A stretch of DNA of 64,000 nt from an uncultured delta proteobacterium (GCA_963745035.1 CAVUVW010000002.1:172808-236807), one strand, 5' to 3'; shown: positions 50,214 to 60,611, counted from the stretch's first letter. Notes: a model not told the origin generated them from the sequence alone. Numbers and translations: made by a program.

Positions 50214-51350
50214 ATGAAGAACGTCCGGCCGCATCGGATCTATCTTGCGCTCACGCTGGGTTTTTTGCTCTTCGGTTTGGCTGGGCTCGCCGGCGCAGCT
50301 GAGTCCAAGCCTGTGGGCCAGGCCGAATGGGACAAGACGGTCAAAGCGGCGGAGGAAGAAGGCGCGCTGACGATCTACATGACGCAGGCCTTCGAGCCGG
50401 TGTTCCGCGAGGCGTTCCAGAAGAAATTTCCCAAGATCAAAGTCAGCACGGTGGTCGGCCGCGGCTTTCAGCTCGGCCAGCGGGTGATGAGCGAGCGGCG
50501 CGCCGAGAAGTACATCGTCGATTTTTGCCTCACCGGCAACATCACGCCGGTGACGGTATTCTACAAAGCGAAGATCCTCGAGCCGGTAAAGCCGCTGCTC
50601 GCGCTCCCCGAGATCACCAACGAGGCGCTCTGGTTCGAGGGGAAGCATCACTACTACGACCCGGAGAATCGCTACGTCTTCGCCTTCGAAGGGACGCCGC
50701 GCAGCGGCGAGCTGACGTATAACACCAAGCTCGTCAATCCGAGCGATATCCGTTCGTTTTGGCAGCTCCTGGAGCCGAAGTGGAAGGGGAAGATCGTCAC
50801 CATCGATCCGCTCGTCGCCGGGCCGATCAATTCCGCGCAGATTCTTTTTTACAAGCATCCCGATCTCGGTCCCGAATTTTTGAAGCGGCTTTACGGCGAA
50901 ACTAACATGACGATCGTCCGCTCCGACGAGCAGCTCATGGATTGGCTCAGCACCGGCAAGTATGCCTTGGGCTTCGGCGCGCGCGACGTTGACAAAGCGA
51001 TGATGCAGGGTTTGCCGATCAATGCTTTCCTGCCAAACCACATGAAAGAGGGTTCGTCGCTGGCGACCTACAACGGCACGTTGAGTTACTTCAACCGCGC
51101 GCCGCATCCCAACGCCGCGAAGCTGGCGATCAATTGGCTGCTGTCCAAGGAAGGCCAGAGCACCTGGCTCGACTACAACGCCAAAAGCGCGGGACAGTAC
51201 GATTCCTTGCGTGAGGACATTTCCAAAGACAAAGTCAGCGAGCTCGGACGCCGGGTCAAAGGCGGCAAATATCTGTGGCTCAAGACCGAGTGGATCGAAG
51301 AGATTGATACCATTCGCGATGTGATCAAGAAGGTGCTGCCGGCCAAGTAA
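50214..51350 (+). CDS. ABC transporter extracellular solute-binding protein
   Basis: Signal peptide; AEEEG, YNTKLV, LLEPKWKG, APHPNAAKL. Confidence 0.85.
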   Translation: MKNVRPHRIYLALTLGFLLFGLAGLAGAAESKPVGQAEWDKTVKAAEEEGALTIYMTQAFEPVFREAFQKKFPKIKVSTVVGRGFQLGQRVMSERRAEKYIVDFCLTGNITPVTVFYKAKILEPVKPLLALPEITNEALWFEGKHHYYDPENRYVFAFEGTPRSGELTYNTKLVNPSDIRSFWQLLEPKWKGKIVTIDPLVAGPINSAQILFYKHPDLGPEFLKRLYGETNMTIVRSDEQLMDWLSTGKYALGFGARDVDKAMMQGLPINAFLPNHMKEGSSLATYNGTLSYFNRAPHPNAAKLAINWLLSKEGQSTWLDYNAKSAGQYDSLREDISKDKVSELGRRVKGGKYLWLKTEWIEEIDTIRDVIKKVLPAK

Positions 51351-51359
51351 GAATTGGGG

Positions 51360-51395
51360 GGTTCAAGACGTTCAAGCCGTTTAAAAAGTTCAAAC
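51360..51395. repeat. Four-unit 9-bp tandem repeat (nGTTCAAnn)
   Basis: GGTTCAAGA CGTTCAAGC CGTTTAAAA AGTTCAAAC. Confidence 0.75.
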
Positions 51396-51435
51396 CGTCG
51401 GACAACGTTACGCCGAGTGTGAATCGGAGGAATTT

Positions 51436-52591
51436 ATGAAACGCAGTTCGGAGCGGATTCTCGTCACCCACGTCGGCAGCCTGGCGCGGCCCAAGGATTT
51501 GATGGAAATGCTCGTCGCGCGGAACGAGGGTAAAGTCTACGACAGCGGCGTGCTCGCCAAGCGCACCCGCGAAGCTGTGACGGAAGTCGTGCAGAAACAA
51601 ATCGAGTGCGGCGTCGATATTGTCAACGACGGCGAGCTGGGTAAATCGAATTTTTCCCGCTACACAAGAGAAAGGCTCAGCGGCTTCGTCGAGCGGCCGG
51701 CTGCTCCCGATTTCAAGCCGACGTCGATCTTCGGCCGCGACATGATCGAGTTCACCGAATACTTCAACCGCGGCGGCAGAACCTCCATCGGGCATCATGC
51801 CCGCGTTTTCTACTGTGTCGAGCCGCTCAAGTACGCCGGCGGCGATGAAGTGAAATCGGACATCGAGAATCTGAAAAGCGCGCTCCACGGCAAGCGCGTT
51901 CGAAGAAGGCTTCTTGCCCGCGATCGCGCCGGGCACGATGGAACATTGGATGAAAAACGAATACTACCCAAGCGATGAAGCTTATCTTTTCGCGATCGCC
52001 GAGGCCATGCGGGAGGAGTACAAGGCGATCGTCGATGCCGGCTTCGTGCTGCAGATCGACGACCCAGATTTAGCCGATGCCTGGCAGATGCATCCGGAAA
52101 TGAGCGTGGCGGATTATCGCAAGTATCAAGAGCTGCGCATCGACGCGCTCAATCACGGCTTGCGCGATCTGCCGATGGACCGAATCCGCTTTCACATGTG
52201 CTGGGGCAGCTATCATGGGCCGCATAAGTACGATATTCCGCTCGAAGACATCGCCGACCTGATTTTGAAAGTGCGCGCCGGGGCGTACTCCATCGAGGCA
52301 TCGAATCCATGCCACGATCACGAATGGCGCGTGTGGGAAACGACCAAGCTGCCGGACGGTAAGATTCTCATTCCCGGCGTGGTGGGACACTACAGCGACT
52401 TTATCGAGCACCCGCGGGCGATCGCCGATCGCCTGGTACGCTATGCCAAGATCGTCGGGAGAGAAAACGTGATTGCCGGCACCGACTGCGGTATCGGTTC
52501 CCGGGTCGGTCATCCGCAGGTCGGTTGGGCGAAGTTCCAGGCGATGGCCGAAGGTGCGCGCATCGCGACCAAAGAATTGTGGGGACGCTGA
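51436..52591 (+). CDS. Cobalamin-independent methionine synthase II family (single-barrel MetE-like), frameshift near 51900
   Basis: THVGSLARP, NDGE, LQIDDP, Zn ligands HMC, E and DCG. Confidence 0.88.
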
Positions 52592-52641
52592 TCCGCGGGC
52601 TTTTGTAGCGATGAATTTACTTACGAAGATGTGGCCGGTGG

Positions 52642-53220
52642 CTATTTGCTGAGCCCCAAAACCTGCCGGCCGTATTCGCCGACCAACTTCTCCCGCTCCT
52701 CAGTGGGCGGCAGATCCTTCAAGCGCGCTTCGATACGACTGCGTTCGTCCTCTTTGAGCTCGCGCCAGCGCGCCAACTCCTTCTGCAGCTTTTCCTGCTC
52801 CTGAGCGGTCAGGGGCTGGTTGGAAGTGTCTTTTTTCACGGCGTCCGCCGCGATTGGCTGCGTACTGAGAACGACGGCGCGGCTCGGACGGCCGACGTTG
52901 TCGTACAACAGCGCGAAATTGTCATAGCCGATCGTTGAGATCAGCGAGCGCATCGCGGGCTCGAGCGGCTGGCGCCACAGGCGAAAATTCACCACCCGCG
53001 AATCGCTCGGCGATGGAATTACGATCTGAAAACCGGTCTTGGCGTGAATCGCATGCAAGGCGAATACGACCGGTATCCGATCGAAATCCAGGGAAATCTC
53101 GCCGCCGCGATAGTCCACCCACTGGGCGTAGAAATCATCCGCCGCAGACTGCCCGAGGGCTGATTTTCCGGCCAACAACAGAAAGGCGCCGAGCACGATT
53201 ATTGGCAAGCTCTTTTTCAT
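52642..53220 (-). CDS. Hypothetical exported protein
   Basis: MKKSLPIIVLGAFLLLAG signal; secretin-N-like first half, helical charged C-terminus. Confidence 0.65.
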   Translation of the reverse strand: MKKSLPIIVLGAFLLLAGKSALGQSAADDFYAQWVDYRGGEISLDFDRIPVVFALHAIHAKTGFQIVIPSPSDSRVVNFRLWRQPLEPAMRSLISTIGYDNFALLYDNVGRPSRAVVLSTQPIAADAVKKDTSNQPLTAQEQEKLQKELARWRELKEDERSRIEARLKDLPPTEEREKLVGEYGRQVLGLSK

Positions 53221-53428
53221 AGGCTGGACCCCCGGCGACAGGACGGAGCAACCTCTGTACCTTACCGTTGTGCGCCTGAAACATCCCGAAAGTCGCCTAT
53301 TGCTCGGGAAAATTACCCGTTGCCCACCGGAGTATGTCCGATGCGGAACAAATTTGCGCCAGACAGCCTCGCGGGAACGAGGCGAGTTACATGGCGGAAG
53401 CCGGGCTGAAAGAAGAATGGCGAAATGC

Positions 53429-53458
53429 AAAGGCCCGGATCGCTGATCCAGGCCTTTT
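53429..53458. terminator. Probable terminator hairpin
   Basis: AAAGGCC-CGGATC..GATCC-AGGCCTTTT downstream of the dehydrogenase gene. Confidence 0.55.
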
Positions 53459-53491
53459 ACTCGGTTGAGCCAGATATCATTGCCGGCGATT

Positions 53492-54520
53492 TTACACGCC
53501 GCCGAATCCCTCTTCCTGCGCCTCGGCGAGAAGCCAGGGATCTTTGATCTCCGTCGTCGGGCCTTTGCCGCTCAGCACGTTGGCGACCTCGCTCGCCGCG
53601 TGAGTCTGGCAGTCGATATAGGATTCGTCGGAGTTCGCCGCGGTGTGGCAGGTGACGATAACGTTCGGCAAGGTTAGGAGCTTATGATCCGCCGGCAGCG
53701 GTTCCGGTTCGGTCACGTCCAGAGCGGCGCCGGCCAATTCACCGGCGACGAGCGCATCGTAAAGCGCGTCGGAATCGACCAGCCCGCCGCGCGCGCAGTT
53801 GATCAGGTAGGCGGTCTTCTTCATCGCTTTGAATTGCGGCGCGCCGAACATGTGCCGGGTCTGCTTGGTCAGCGGCGCATGCACGCTGATGAAATCGGAG
53901 CTCGCGACCAGCTCGTCGAACGACACCATCTTGACGCCCATATCCTCAGCGGTCTTCGGGGCGAGATAGGGATCGTAGGTTTGCACGTTAAGCCGCATGC
54001 CTTGCGCGCGCGGCGCGACTTGCTTGCCGACGTGGCCCAAGCCGACGATGCCCATGGTTCGTCCTTGAATGCGATAGACCCGGCCCCGGTAAGCGTGCAG
54101 CTCCGCGGTATGGCGGCGCCATTTGCCGTCGCGCACGTATTGATTCATGCGCATGAGCTTGCGCGAAATCGCGATTAACAAGGCCGATCGGCCTGCTCGG
54201 CGACTTCGATGGAATTGCAACCCGCCGCGTTGCAGATGATCAGACCGTGATCTTTCGCCGCTTTGAGATCCATGCGATCGACGCCGACGCCGGTGCGGCA
54301 GACGACTTTGGTGCGCTTGAGCTGCGCGATGATCTCGCGCGACAGCGGCACCGAGCCGTGCATGATGATGCCGTCGGCGTCCTTCGCCCATTTCCACGAC
54401 TTCCGCGTCGTTGGTCGGACGCCGGATCGTCATGTCGGCATCGATCTCGGCGAGGATCGGCTTGATCAAATCCACCGGCACGTCGTTGCTGCCGAAATAA
54501 ACTACGTGAAACTTACCCAT
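53492..54520 (-). CDS. D-isomer-specific 2-hydroxyacid dehydrogenase (two compensating frameshifts near 54390 and 54185)
   Basis: RTGVGVDRMD in the shifted frame, GLGHVG, INCARG, DVTEPEP, TCHTA. Confidence 0.88.
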   Translation of the reverse strand: MGKFHVVYFGSNDVPVDLIKPILAEIDADMTIRRPTNDAEVVEMGEGRRRHHHARLGAAVARDHRAAQAHQSRLPHRRRRRSHGSQSGERSRSDHLQRGGLQFHRSRRAGRSALLIAISRKLMRMNQYVRDGKWRRHTAELHAYRGRVYRIQGRTMGIVGLGHVGKQVAPRAQGMRLNVQTYDPYLAPKTAEDMGVKMVSFDELVASSDFISVHAPLTKQTRHMFGAPQFKAMKKTAYLINCARGGLVDSDALYDALVAGELAGAALDVTEPEPLPADHKLLTLPNVIVTCHTAANSDESYIDCQTHAASEVANVLSGKGPTTEIKDPWLLAEAQEEGFGGV

Positions 54521-54525
54521 GTGAC

Positions 54526-55662
54526 TCAAACCTCCAGTCCATACATGCGCACCGGATTGTCCCACAGAATTTTCCGCCGCGCTTCTTGCGAGATGTGATC
54601 GTTCCTGGTGAGATCGCCGACCGTGCGATCGGGAAATTTGCCGACGCAGTCGCTGTGCGGGTAATCGGTGGCGATGGTCAGATAGTCCGCGCCCACGTGC
54701 TCGATAAACATCGGCGCGAGCTCTTCGCCCGCCTCGCAACTGGCCCAGCACTGGCGCTTGAAATAGTAGCTTGGCTTTTCCTTGGTGGTTTTGGCCTGTC
54801 CATGGCCTTCGTGTTCCCAGTGCTCGTCCATGCGCTCGAGCCAGAACGGCACCCAGCCGCAGCCGGATTCCAGATAGGCGACTTTCAGTTTCGGAAATTT
54901 TTCCAGCACGCCGTCGGCGCAGAAGTTCATGCTTGCGAGCATCTGCTCGAGCGGATGGCAGGCGATATGGCGGCCGAACTCGCTGTAGCGGTCCGAGCCG
55001 GCCTGTTCGAGCACGGTGCGCGCGCCCTCGTGCACGCACACCGTGACGCCGAGATCGGCGGCGGCCTCGTACACGGGATAGTAGTCGGGGCTCGACAAGG
55101 TGCGGCCGCAGAGTTTGTTGGGCCGCCAGAAAATGCCGACGTGCCCCAGTTTCTCTTTGGCGTATTTCAGTTCTTCGACGGCGCGGACGGGGTCCTGCAG
55201 CGGGATCAGGCACACGCCGTGAAGTCGTTTGGAGTCGTAGCTGCAATAGTCGGCGAGCCAGGTGTTGTATGCGCGGCAGATTGCGGCGCTCAGCTCCGGA
55301 TCGAGATTGTTGCGCCACATGATGTAGAGACCGAGGGTTGGGAAGAGCACGCTCACATCGACGCCTTCGCGATCCATATCGCGCACGTTGGATGCGGCAT
55401 CGAATTTCGCCGCCAGCGCGTCGGCGAAAGTCTCGCGCCAGCGCTTGGAGCCGGCGAAGGTAAAACCGAAATCCTCTTGCTTCGAAGTATCACGCAATTT
55501 ATCGGCGTCCGAAATCGGTTCGCCGTCGATGGAGCGGCGCGACTGATTGGGACCTTCGATCTTGACACGATCGCGAAATTTCGCCGGCAGGTATTTTTCG
55601 AACAGATCGCTCGGCTCGAGCACATGCCGGTCGGCATCGATGACCTTGAATCCATCTCTCAT
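54526..55662 (-). CDS. Amidohydrolase_2 family protein
   Basis: IDADRH, VCVHE, LESGCGW, ATDYPH. Confidence 0.92.
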   Translation of the reverse strand: MRDGFKVIDADRHVLEPSDLFEKYLPAKFRDRVKIEGPNQSRRSIDGEPISDADKLRDTSKQEDFGFTFAGSKRWRETFADALAAKFDAASNVRDMDREGVDVSVLFPTLGLYIMWRNNLDPELSAAICRAYNTWLADYCSYDSKRLHGVCLIPLQDPVRAVEELKYAKEKLGHVGIFWRPNKLCGRTLSSPDYYPVYEAAADLGVTVCVHEGARTVLEQAGSDRYSEFGRHIACHPLEQMLASMNFCADGVLEKFPKLKVAYLESGCGWVPFWLERMDEHWEHEGHGQAKTTKEKPSYYFKRQCWASCEAGEELAPMFIEHVGADYLTIATDYPHSDCVGKFPDRTVGDLTRNDHISQEARRKILWDNPVRMYGLEV

Positions 55663-55870
55663 GGTGCACTCCTGACGCTAGTGATTGCTCGTGATGCAAG
55701 GATCGCCAAGAATCGTTGATCACGGCTTTTTATTAATAGGCCGAGTTACCGAAGGGAGTCAACAGAACAAGGCGATTCATCGACAAGGCGCACTAAAAGG
55801 CGCGACGCAACACAAAGCGGATGTTGTGAATGGCTGCAGAAATCGCAGCGGCCATGGCTGTGCAGATAGC

Positions 55871-56078
55871 GGGCGTAGCAAGTACTTGCCGTAGTCGTTG
55901 CCGTTCAGAGTGCGAACGATGGTGGGATCTGTTGTCGCGTGGGTTGATTGCCGATACCGCGCACGGCGAATGGACGCTGGTGGTCGAACTCGATGAGCAC
56001 GGCGGGGCTGTGGATGCGATATTAAAAGACGCTGGCTGCGTCGGCGCCCACGATCCATGCAAGGTAGGTTCTGTCGAG
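55871..56078 (-). pseudogene. DUF3500-family C-terminal remnant
   Basis: Manual translation LDRTYLAWIVG..VF*YRIHSPAVLIEFDHQ...TIVRTLNGNDYGKYLLR with an in-frame TAA at 56022-56024 and a frameshift. Confidence 0.7.
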
Positions 56079-56184
56079 ATACAGTGCAGTAAGCTCGATC
56101 ATTTACTGTTGTTGGAGCTCCGGCAACTCAGAGGCGCGAATTCCAGAACCATGTTGTCCTTGAACGCCACTCTATCAGCACGGT

Positions 56185-56214
56185 TTGATTGTGACTACAA
56201 TTAGAACTACAATT
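56185..56214 (+). promoter_or_regulatory. sigma70 promoter with overlapping operator repeats
   Basis: TTGATT-N17-TACAAT; ACTACAATT direct repeat twice and ATTGT-N4-ACAAT inverted repeat. Confidence 0.65.
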
Positions 56215-56219
56215 CTTTT

Positions 56220-56513
56220 GTGAATGAAGTCGTCTTCTCTCCCGCCGCGGTGCGCCAATTCAAACGGCTCCCGGCTGCGGCTCGAAGGCTAATTAAGGAG
56301 ACCATTCGTGAACGTTTGTTGGAACAAGATCCTAGGGAAGAAATTCGCAATCGCTTCCGGTTGCGTCGAATCTCCGAGCACGCGGATTACGAGCTTCGCG
56401 TTGAGCCGTGGCGCGTGTTTTACCGTGTACAGGACAAAACGGTGACCATTGAGCTGATTGGACGGAAGAAGGGGAACGTTCTCTTGATCGAAGGAAAGGA
56501 GTTTGAGCTGTGA
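56220..56513 (+). CDS. RelE/ParE family type II toxin
   Basis: VVFSPAAVRQFKRL, YELRVEPWRVFY, IGRK. Confidence 0.88.
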   Translation: MNEVVFSPAAVRQFKRLPAAARRLIKETIRERLLEQDPREEIRNRFRLRRISEHADYELRVEPWRVFYRVQDKTVTIELIGRKKGNVLLIEGKEFEL

Positions 56514-56758
56514 AAATCGAAAGTCTCCGTGAAGTTAAAGCGAATTTGAGTAAGATCGTTAACGAATTACCTTCGGAACGATCGGTGGTGATAACCAAAA
56601 ATGGTCGTCCTTGTGCCGTACTTTTCCCCGTTACTGAGGACACGGATATTGAAAGCATGGTGCTCGCCCAAAATAAGGAGTTCTGGAAGCTCATCGACCG
56701 CGCTCACAAAGAAGGAGAAAAAAAGGGGTTTACCAAACTCGACGATTTACCCGACTAA
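56510..56758 (+). CDS. Phd/YefM family antitoxin
   Basis: LREVKANLSKIV...VVITKNGRPCAVL; GTGA overlap with the toxin stop. Confidence 0.9.
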   Translation: MKIESLREVKANLSKIVNELPSERSVVITKNGRPCAVLFPVTEDTDIESMVLAQNKEFWKLIDRAHKEGEKKGFTKLDDLPD

Positions 56759-56910
56759 GACGGCTAGTAACTCGACCGGTTCCTTCAAATAAAATTTTCA
56801 ACGGGGAGTTTTGTGAAACTGCTCGGCGGCAAACGCGCCGTGAAGGCGATTGGCGGCCGCCATTGGATCACGGCGATTCTGATGGGTGAAGAGGGATCGG
56901 AGAGGACACG

Positions 56911-58170
56911 TTAGAGAACTTCGTTCAGCATGTAGAAAGCGTTGTCTTTCAGTTTGTGCCATAGCCCGCGCTTGCGCCACGCCTCAAGCTCGATTTCCTT
57001 GCAATGGGGTAGGTACTTCTCGAACACCGCATCGAGGCGCTGTGCCGTTGCTGCGTCCCGGATGCCGAGAGTAATCTCGTCGTTGGTCTCGAAAGAGCGG
57101 TCGTCGAAGTTGCTTGAACCGACTGCGCTCCACACGCCATCAATGGTCATCACTTTCTGGTGCAGCAGGGTGTGCGGATACTCGAACAGACGCACGCCGC
57201 AGCGCAGCAGCTTTTCGAAGTTGCGGTGCCCGGCGTGCTGCACCATGGGATTATCGGATCCCCCGGCCGAAGGCATCATCACGCGCACATCGACGCCGCG
57301 GGAAACCGCTTCTCCGAACGCATCGATCGCTTCAGGCTCGGGAATAAAATAGGGATTCTGAATCCAGATGCGCTTGCGCGCGAGGCATATGACCGTGTGG
57401 TGAAGAATTTTCACGGCAGGCGCCGAGCCTTCCGGCTTTGCGTACGCCGCATGGATCAACACGTCGCCCGCGGGCTCTAGGGCCGGAAACACATCGTCGC
57501 CGGCGAACAAGTCACCGGTTTGCCCCGCCCAATTCTCGCTGAACGCGGCCTGCACGCTGTGCACGATGGGACCGCGTAACCTGACGCTGATGTCGGCGAA
57601 GTGTTCGCTGTCCTGGGCGTCGCCTAGCCAACTGTCGACGATGCAATGGCCGCCGACGAATGCTTCGCGCCCGTCGATGACGACGAGCTTGCGATGGTCG
57701 CGGTCGTTCAACACGCCGATGTTGCGCAAAGCCTTTTCATGGAAAAGCACGACTCGGCATCCGGCTTCTTCCATCTGTCGCACGGCGGCCTTGCCGACTT
57801 CTTTGGAGCCTTCTGCGTCGAGCAGGACACGCACCTGCTTGCCGGCGCGAGCCGCATCCGACAGCGCGTCCGCCATGCGCTGACCGAGCACCCCTTCCTT
57901 CCAAAGAAAGGTTTCGAAATGCACTGACTTTTGAGCCGAGCGAATGCGCTCCAACAGTACGTCAAAAAAAGCGCCGTTCTCCAAGACTTCGACCGAATTG
58001 CCGCCGACGGCTGTGCCGAGCGTCAGGCCGGCGAGCGAAGGCATGAGCTCATCGATCGACGCGCTACATTCAATGTGCAGTTTGGGATCACGGTGGCGTT
58101 TAATCGACCAAATGACGATCGATAGAAAAAAAACCACGCAAACGAACGCCACCGCCACAAGAATGTTCAT
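56911..58170 (-). CDS. Phospholipase D family / cardiolipin synthase-like protein
   Basis: Two HKD motifs (HRKLVVIDG, HQKVMTIDG), NPYFIP, GSSNFD; N-terminal TM segment. Confidence 0.92.
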   Translation of the reverse strand: MNILVAVAFVCVVFFLSIVIWSIKRHRDPKLHIECSASIDELMPSLAGLTLGTAVGGNSVEVLENGAFFDVLLERIRSAQKSVHFETFLWKEGVLGQRMADALSDAARAGKQVRVLLDAEGSKEVGKAAVRQMEEAGCRVVLFHEKALRNIGVLNDRDHRKLVVIDGREAFVGGHCIVDSWLGDAQDSEHFADISVRLRGPIVHSVQAAFSENWAGQTGDLFAGDDVFPALEPAGDVLIHAAYAKPEGSAPAVKILHHTVICLARKRIWIQNPYFIPEPEAIDAFGEAVSRGVDVRVMMPSAGGSDNPMVQHAGHRNFEKLLRCGVRLFEYPHTLLHQKVMTIDGVWSAVGSSNFDDRSFETNDEITLGIRDAATAQRLDAVFEKYLPHCKEIELEAWRKRGLWHKLKDNAFYMLNEVL

Positions 58171-58216
58171 CGTACTACTCTATGAGGTCGAATGCGGCGG
58201 AACAAGATATCGACGT

Positions 58217-58321
58217 TATGGCCTTGCCATCAGCCGCTCGATTGTCGAAGTCCACGGCTGTCGATCGTGGCTGACGGTGAATGAAGGCTACGGCATGACG
58301 CTCCACATGACGTTACCCGTG
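58217..58321 (+). pseudogene. Histidine kinase HATPase C-terminal remnant
   Basis: YGLAISRSIVEVHGCRSWLTVNEGYGMTLHMTLP resembles the G2-box tail; nothing upstream. Confidence 0.65.
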
Positions 58322-58476
58322 ACATCATTTCAATCAAGCTCAAAAGTATCGAAGCTCGAGGCGTTTCTTGATACCACTCTCGACCGGACCGTTTTGGTGT
58401 TCTGCCGCTTGACAACTTCGGGAACCCTGAAATACCGTGCTTCGTGTTTATTGCCCGACACTGAAGGAAGTGACTC

Positions 58477-59562
58477 ATGCATATCATCGATGCCGATACG
58501 CACATAGATGAAACGGAAGATACTTGGGCCTATTTGCGCCAAGAAGAACTCCAGTTCAAGCCGACGACGACTTATCCGTCCCACATCGATCCATCAAAAC
58601 CCAGCACTCGGTATTGGATGATCGATGGACATCGGCAAATACGCTTCACTCGCGATGACAGATTGACGCGAACGACAGTTGAAAGCCGCGAGCTTCTCGA
58701 TGTGCAGGCTCGGTTGCGTGATATGGACGAGATGGGCACCGACGTTCAGGTGATCTACCCTACGTTGTTCTTGATGGAAGCGACGGAGAACTCCGAGGTT
58801 TCGACTGCCTTGCGCCGCAGCTACAATCGGTGGCTCGCTGATCGCTGCGGGGAGTCCAGAGGCAGGCTCCGCTGGGTGTGCTTACCGCCGCTGATGAATA
58901 TGGAAGAGGCGATCAAAGAGCTGCAGTTTGCTAAAGAGCACGGCGCGTGCGGTATTCTCAAGAAAGGCGATCTGGAAGCCGGCAAATGGCCGGCGGATCC
59001 GTATTTCTTCCCACTTTATGAAGAAGCAAATCGATTGGATCTTCCCATATGTATCCACATCGGTTCTGGCACACCTGACTTTGTATCCGCGCGCGAGTTT
59101 TCGCTTGGCTCTTTCATGCGCTCCCAATTGCCTACGGTGCATGCATTTCACACGATCATTCGTCATCAGCTACCCATAAAATACCCCAGACTTCGGTTCG
59201 GCATCATCGAGGCAGGGTGTTCGTGGATTCCCTACATCGCCTGGGAATTGAAACGTCGCATGGAAAAGGCCGCCGACGGTGCCGGAACCTTCAGCCAGTA
59301 TGCGCGCTACTCTCTTTCCGAAGAATTGCTTTCCGCCAACCGAATGTACGTCACCTGTCAGGTCGACGAAGACCTGCCTTATATTTTAAGCATCGCCGGC
59401 GAAAATAATTTAATGATAGGCTCAGATTACACACATCGCGATCAATCCATGGAGCACGATTTTCCACGCTTACTGCAGGAACGCGTAACTCGAGGCGACA
59501 TTTCAAAGTCGGTGGCGGGCAAAATTCTCTACGATAACGCTAAAGCCTTCTACGGGTTGTGA
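58477..59562 (+). CDS. Amidohydrolase_2 family protein
   Basis: IDADTH, ICIH, IEAG, GSDYTH; close paralogue of 43095-44181. Confidence 0.92.
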   Translation: MHIIDADTHIDETEDTWAYLRQEELQFKPTTTYPSHIDPSKPSTRYWMIDGHRQIRFTRDDRLTRTTVESRELLDVQARLRDMDEMGTDVQVIYPTLFLMEATENSEVSTALRRSYNRWLADRCGESRGRLRWVCLPPLMNMEEAIKELQFAKEHGACGILKKGDLEAGKWPADPYFFPLYEEANRLDLPICIHIGSGTPDFVSAREFSLGSFMRSQLPTVHAFHTIIRHQLPIKYPRLRFGIIEAGCSWIPYIAWELKRRMEKAADGAGTFSQYARYSLSEELLSANRMYVTCQVDEDLPYILSIAGENNLMIGSDYTHRDQSMEHDFPRLLQERVTRGDISKSVAGKILYDNAKAFYGL

Positions 59563-59629
59563 CCGAGAACAGCCGCCGGTCGATTTACGACCGCCTTGCT
59601 CCTCGTCGTTGTCCTGTCCAGGAGATGCT

Positions 59630-60611
59630 ATGAACAAACCGGTTTTCGTTCTCACTTCGGCAATTCTTTTTGCGGCATCGTTCTTGGTCCACGCGGCTGA
59701 AAAGGAAACGACAGTCGTTACCTATGTAGCAGGGCAGGGCGAACGCTGGCAAAAATTGAATCAAGCGTTTCAAGCCAAATACCCCGCCATCGAGGTGAAA
59801 AGTATTCGCGGCAACTATGAACGAACCCGCAATCGCGTCACGACCGAAGCGCTGGCCGGTAATCATCAGCGTCGATGTCATCCACATGGATCCGTTCAAT
59901 GGCTGGTTGCTGATTCAAAGGGGGCTGTTTCAGCCTTACCAATCAAAGGAAGCGGCGCTTTTCCCGACGAGTTCCGCGACCCTGGCAATTTTCTCGTCTG
60001 CTGCATGCAAGCGATTCCAAACATCATGGCCTACAACACCAAAATGGTTTCCAGAGAAGTCGCTCCGAAAAATTACGAAGACTTGCTCCATTCTCGCTGG
60101 AAAGATAAGCTCGGTATGGATGAGGACGAATCGGAATGGTTTGCCGCTCTGATCGCGATTTGGGGCAAAGAAAAGGCCACTCAGTTTCTTCAAAGTTTGA
60201 ACAAACAAGCGCCCAGCTTGCGCAGAGGGCATACCCTTCTCACCCACTTGACGGCGGCCGGCGAATTCAGCCGTCGCAGTCAACGTCTTCGGTTATGAAG
60301 TCATGAATGTAAAGACCCAGGGTGCGCCGATAGAACCTATTTTGGCCTTTCCGGTCGTGGTCCGTCCCTCCTACCTGGGCATCGCCAAGCAGGCGCCACA
60401 TCCCAATGCCGCAAAACTTTACATCGATTTTGCCATGTCTGCAGAGGGACAGCAGTTATGGGCGAGTTTTGGCGCTCCCGTGGTGCGGTCGGGTGTCAAA
60501 AACAAATATGCCGAGCTGGTCAATAATCCGCATGTTCGTCCGGTAACTCTCGACATGGCGAAAGATTACCCGCAGATCAGCAAGCTTTTCTATTCAATCA
60601 TCGGCAAGTGA
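59630..60611 (+). CDS. ABC transporter solute-binding protein (several frameshifts)
   Basis: Signal peptide, AYNTK, YEDLLHSRWK, RGHTLL, APHPNAAKLYIDF spread over three frames. Confidence 0.8.

Noticed and set aside
53492-55318. 608-aa fusion ORF
   Set aside because: An off-frame read of the amidohydrolase gene running into the dehydrogenase, which has its own ATG at 54520
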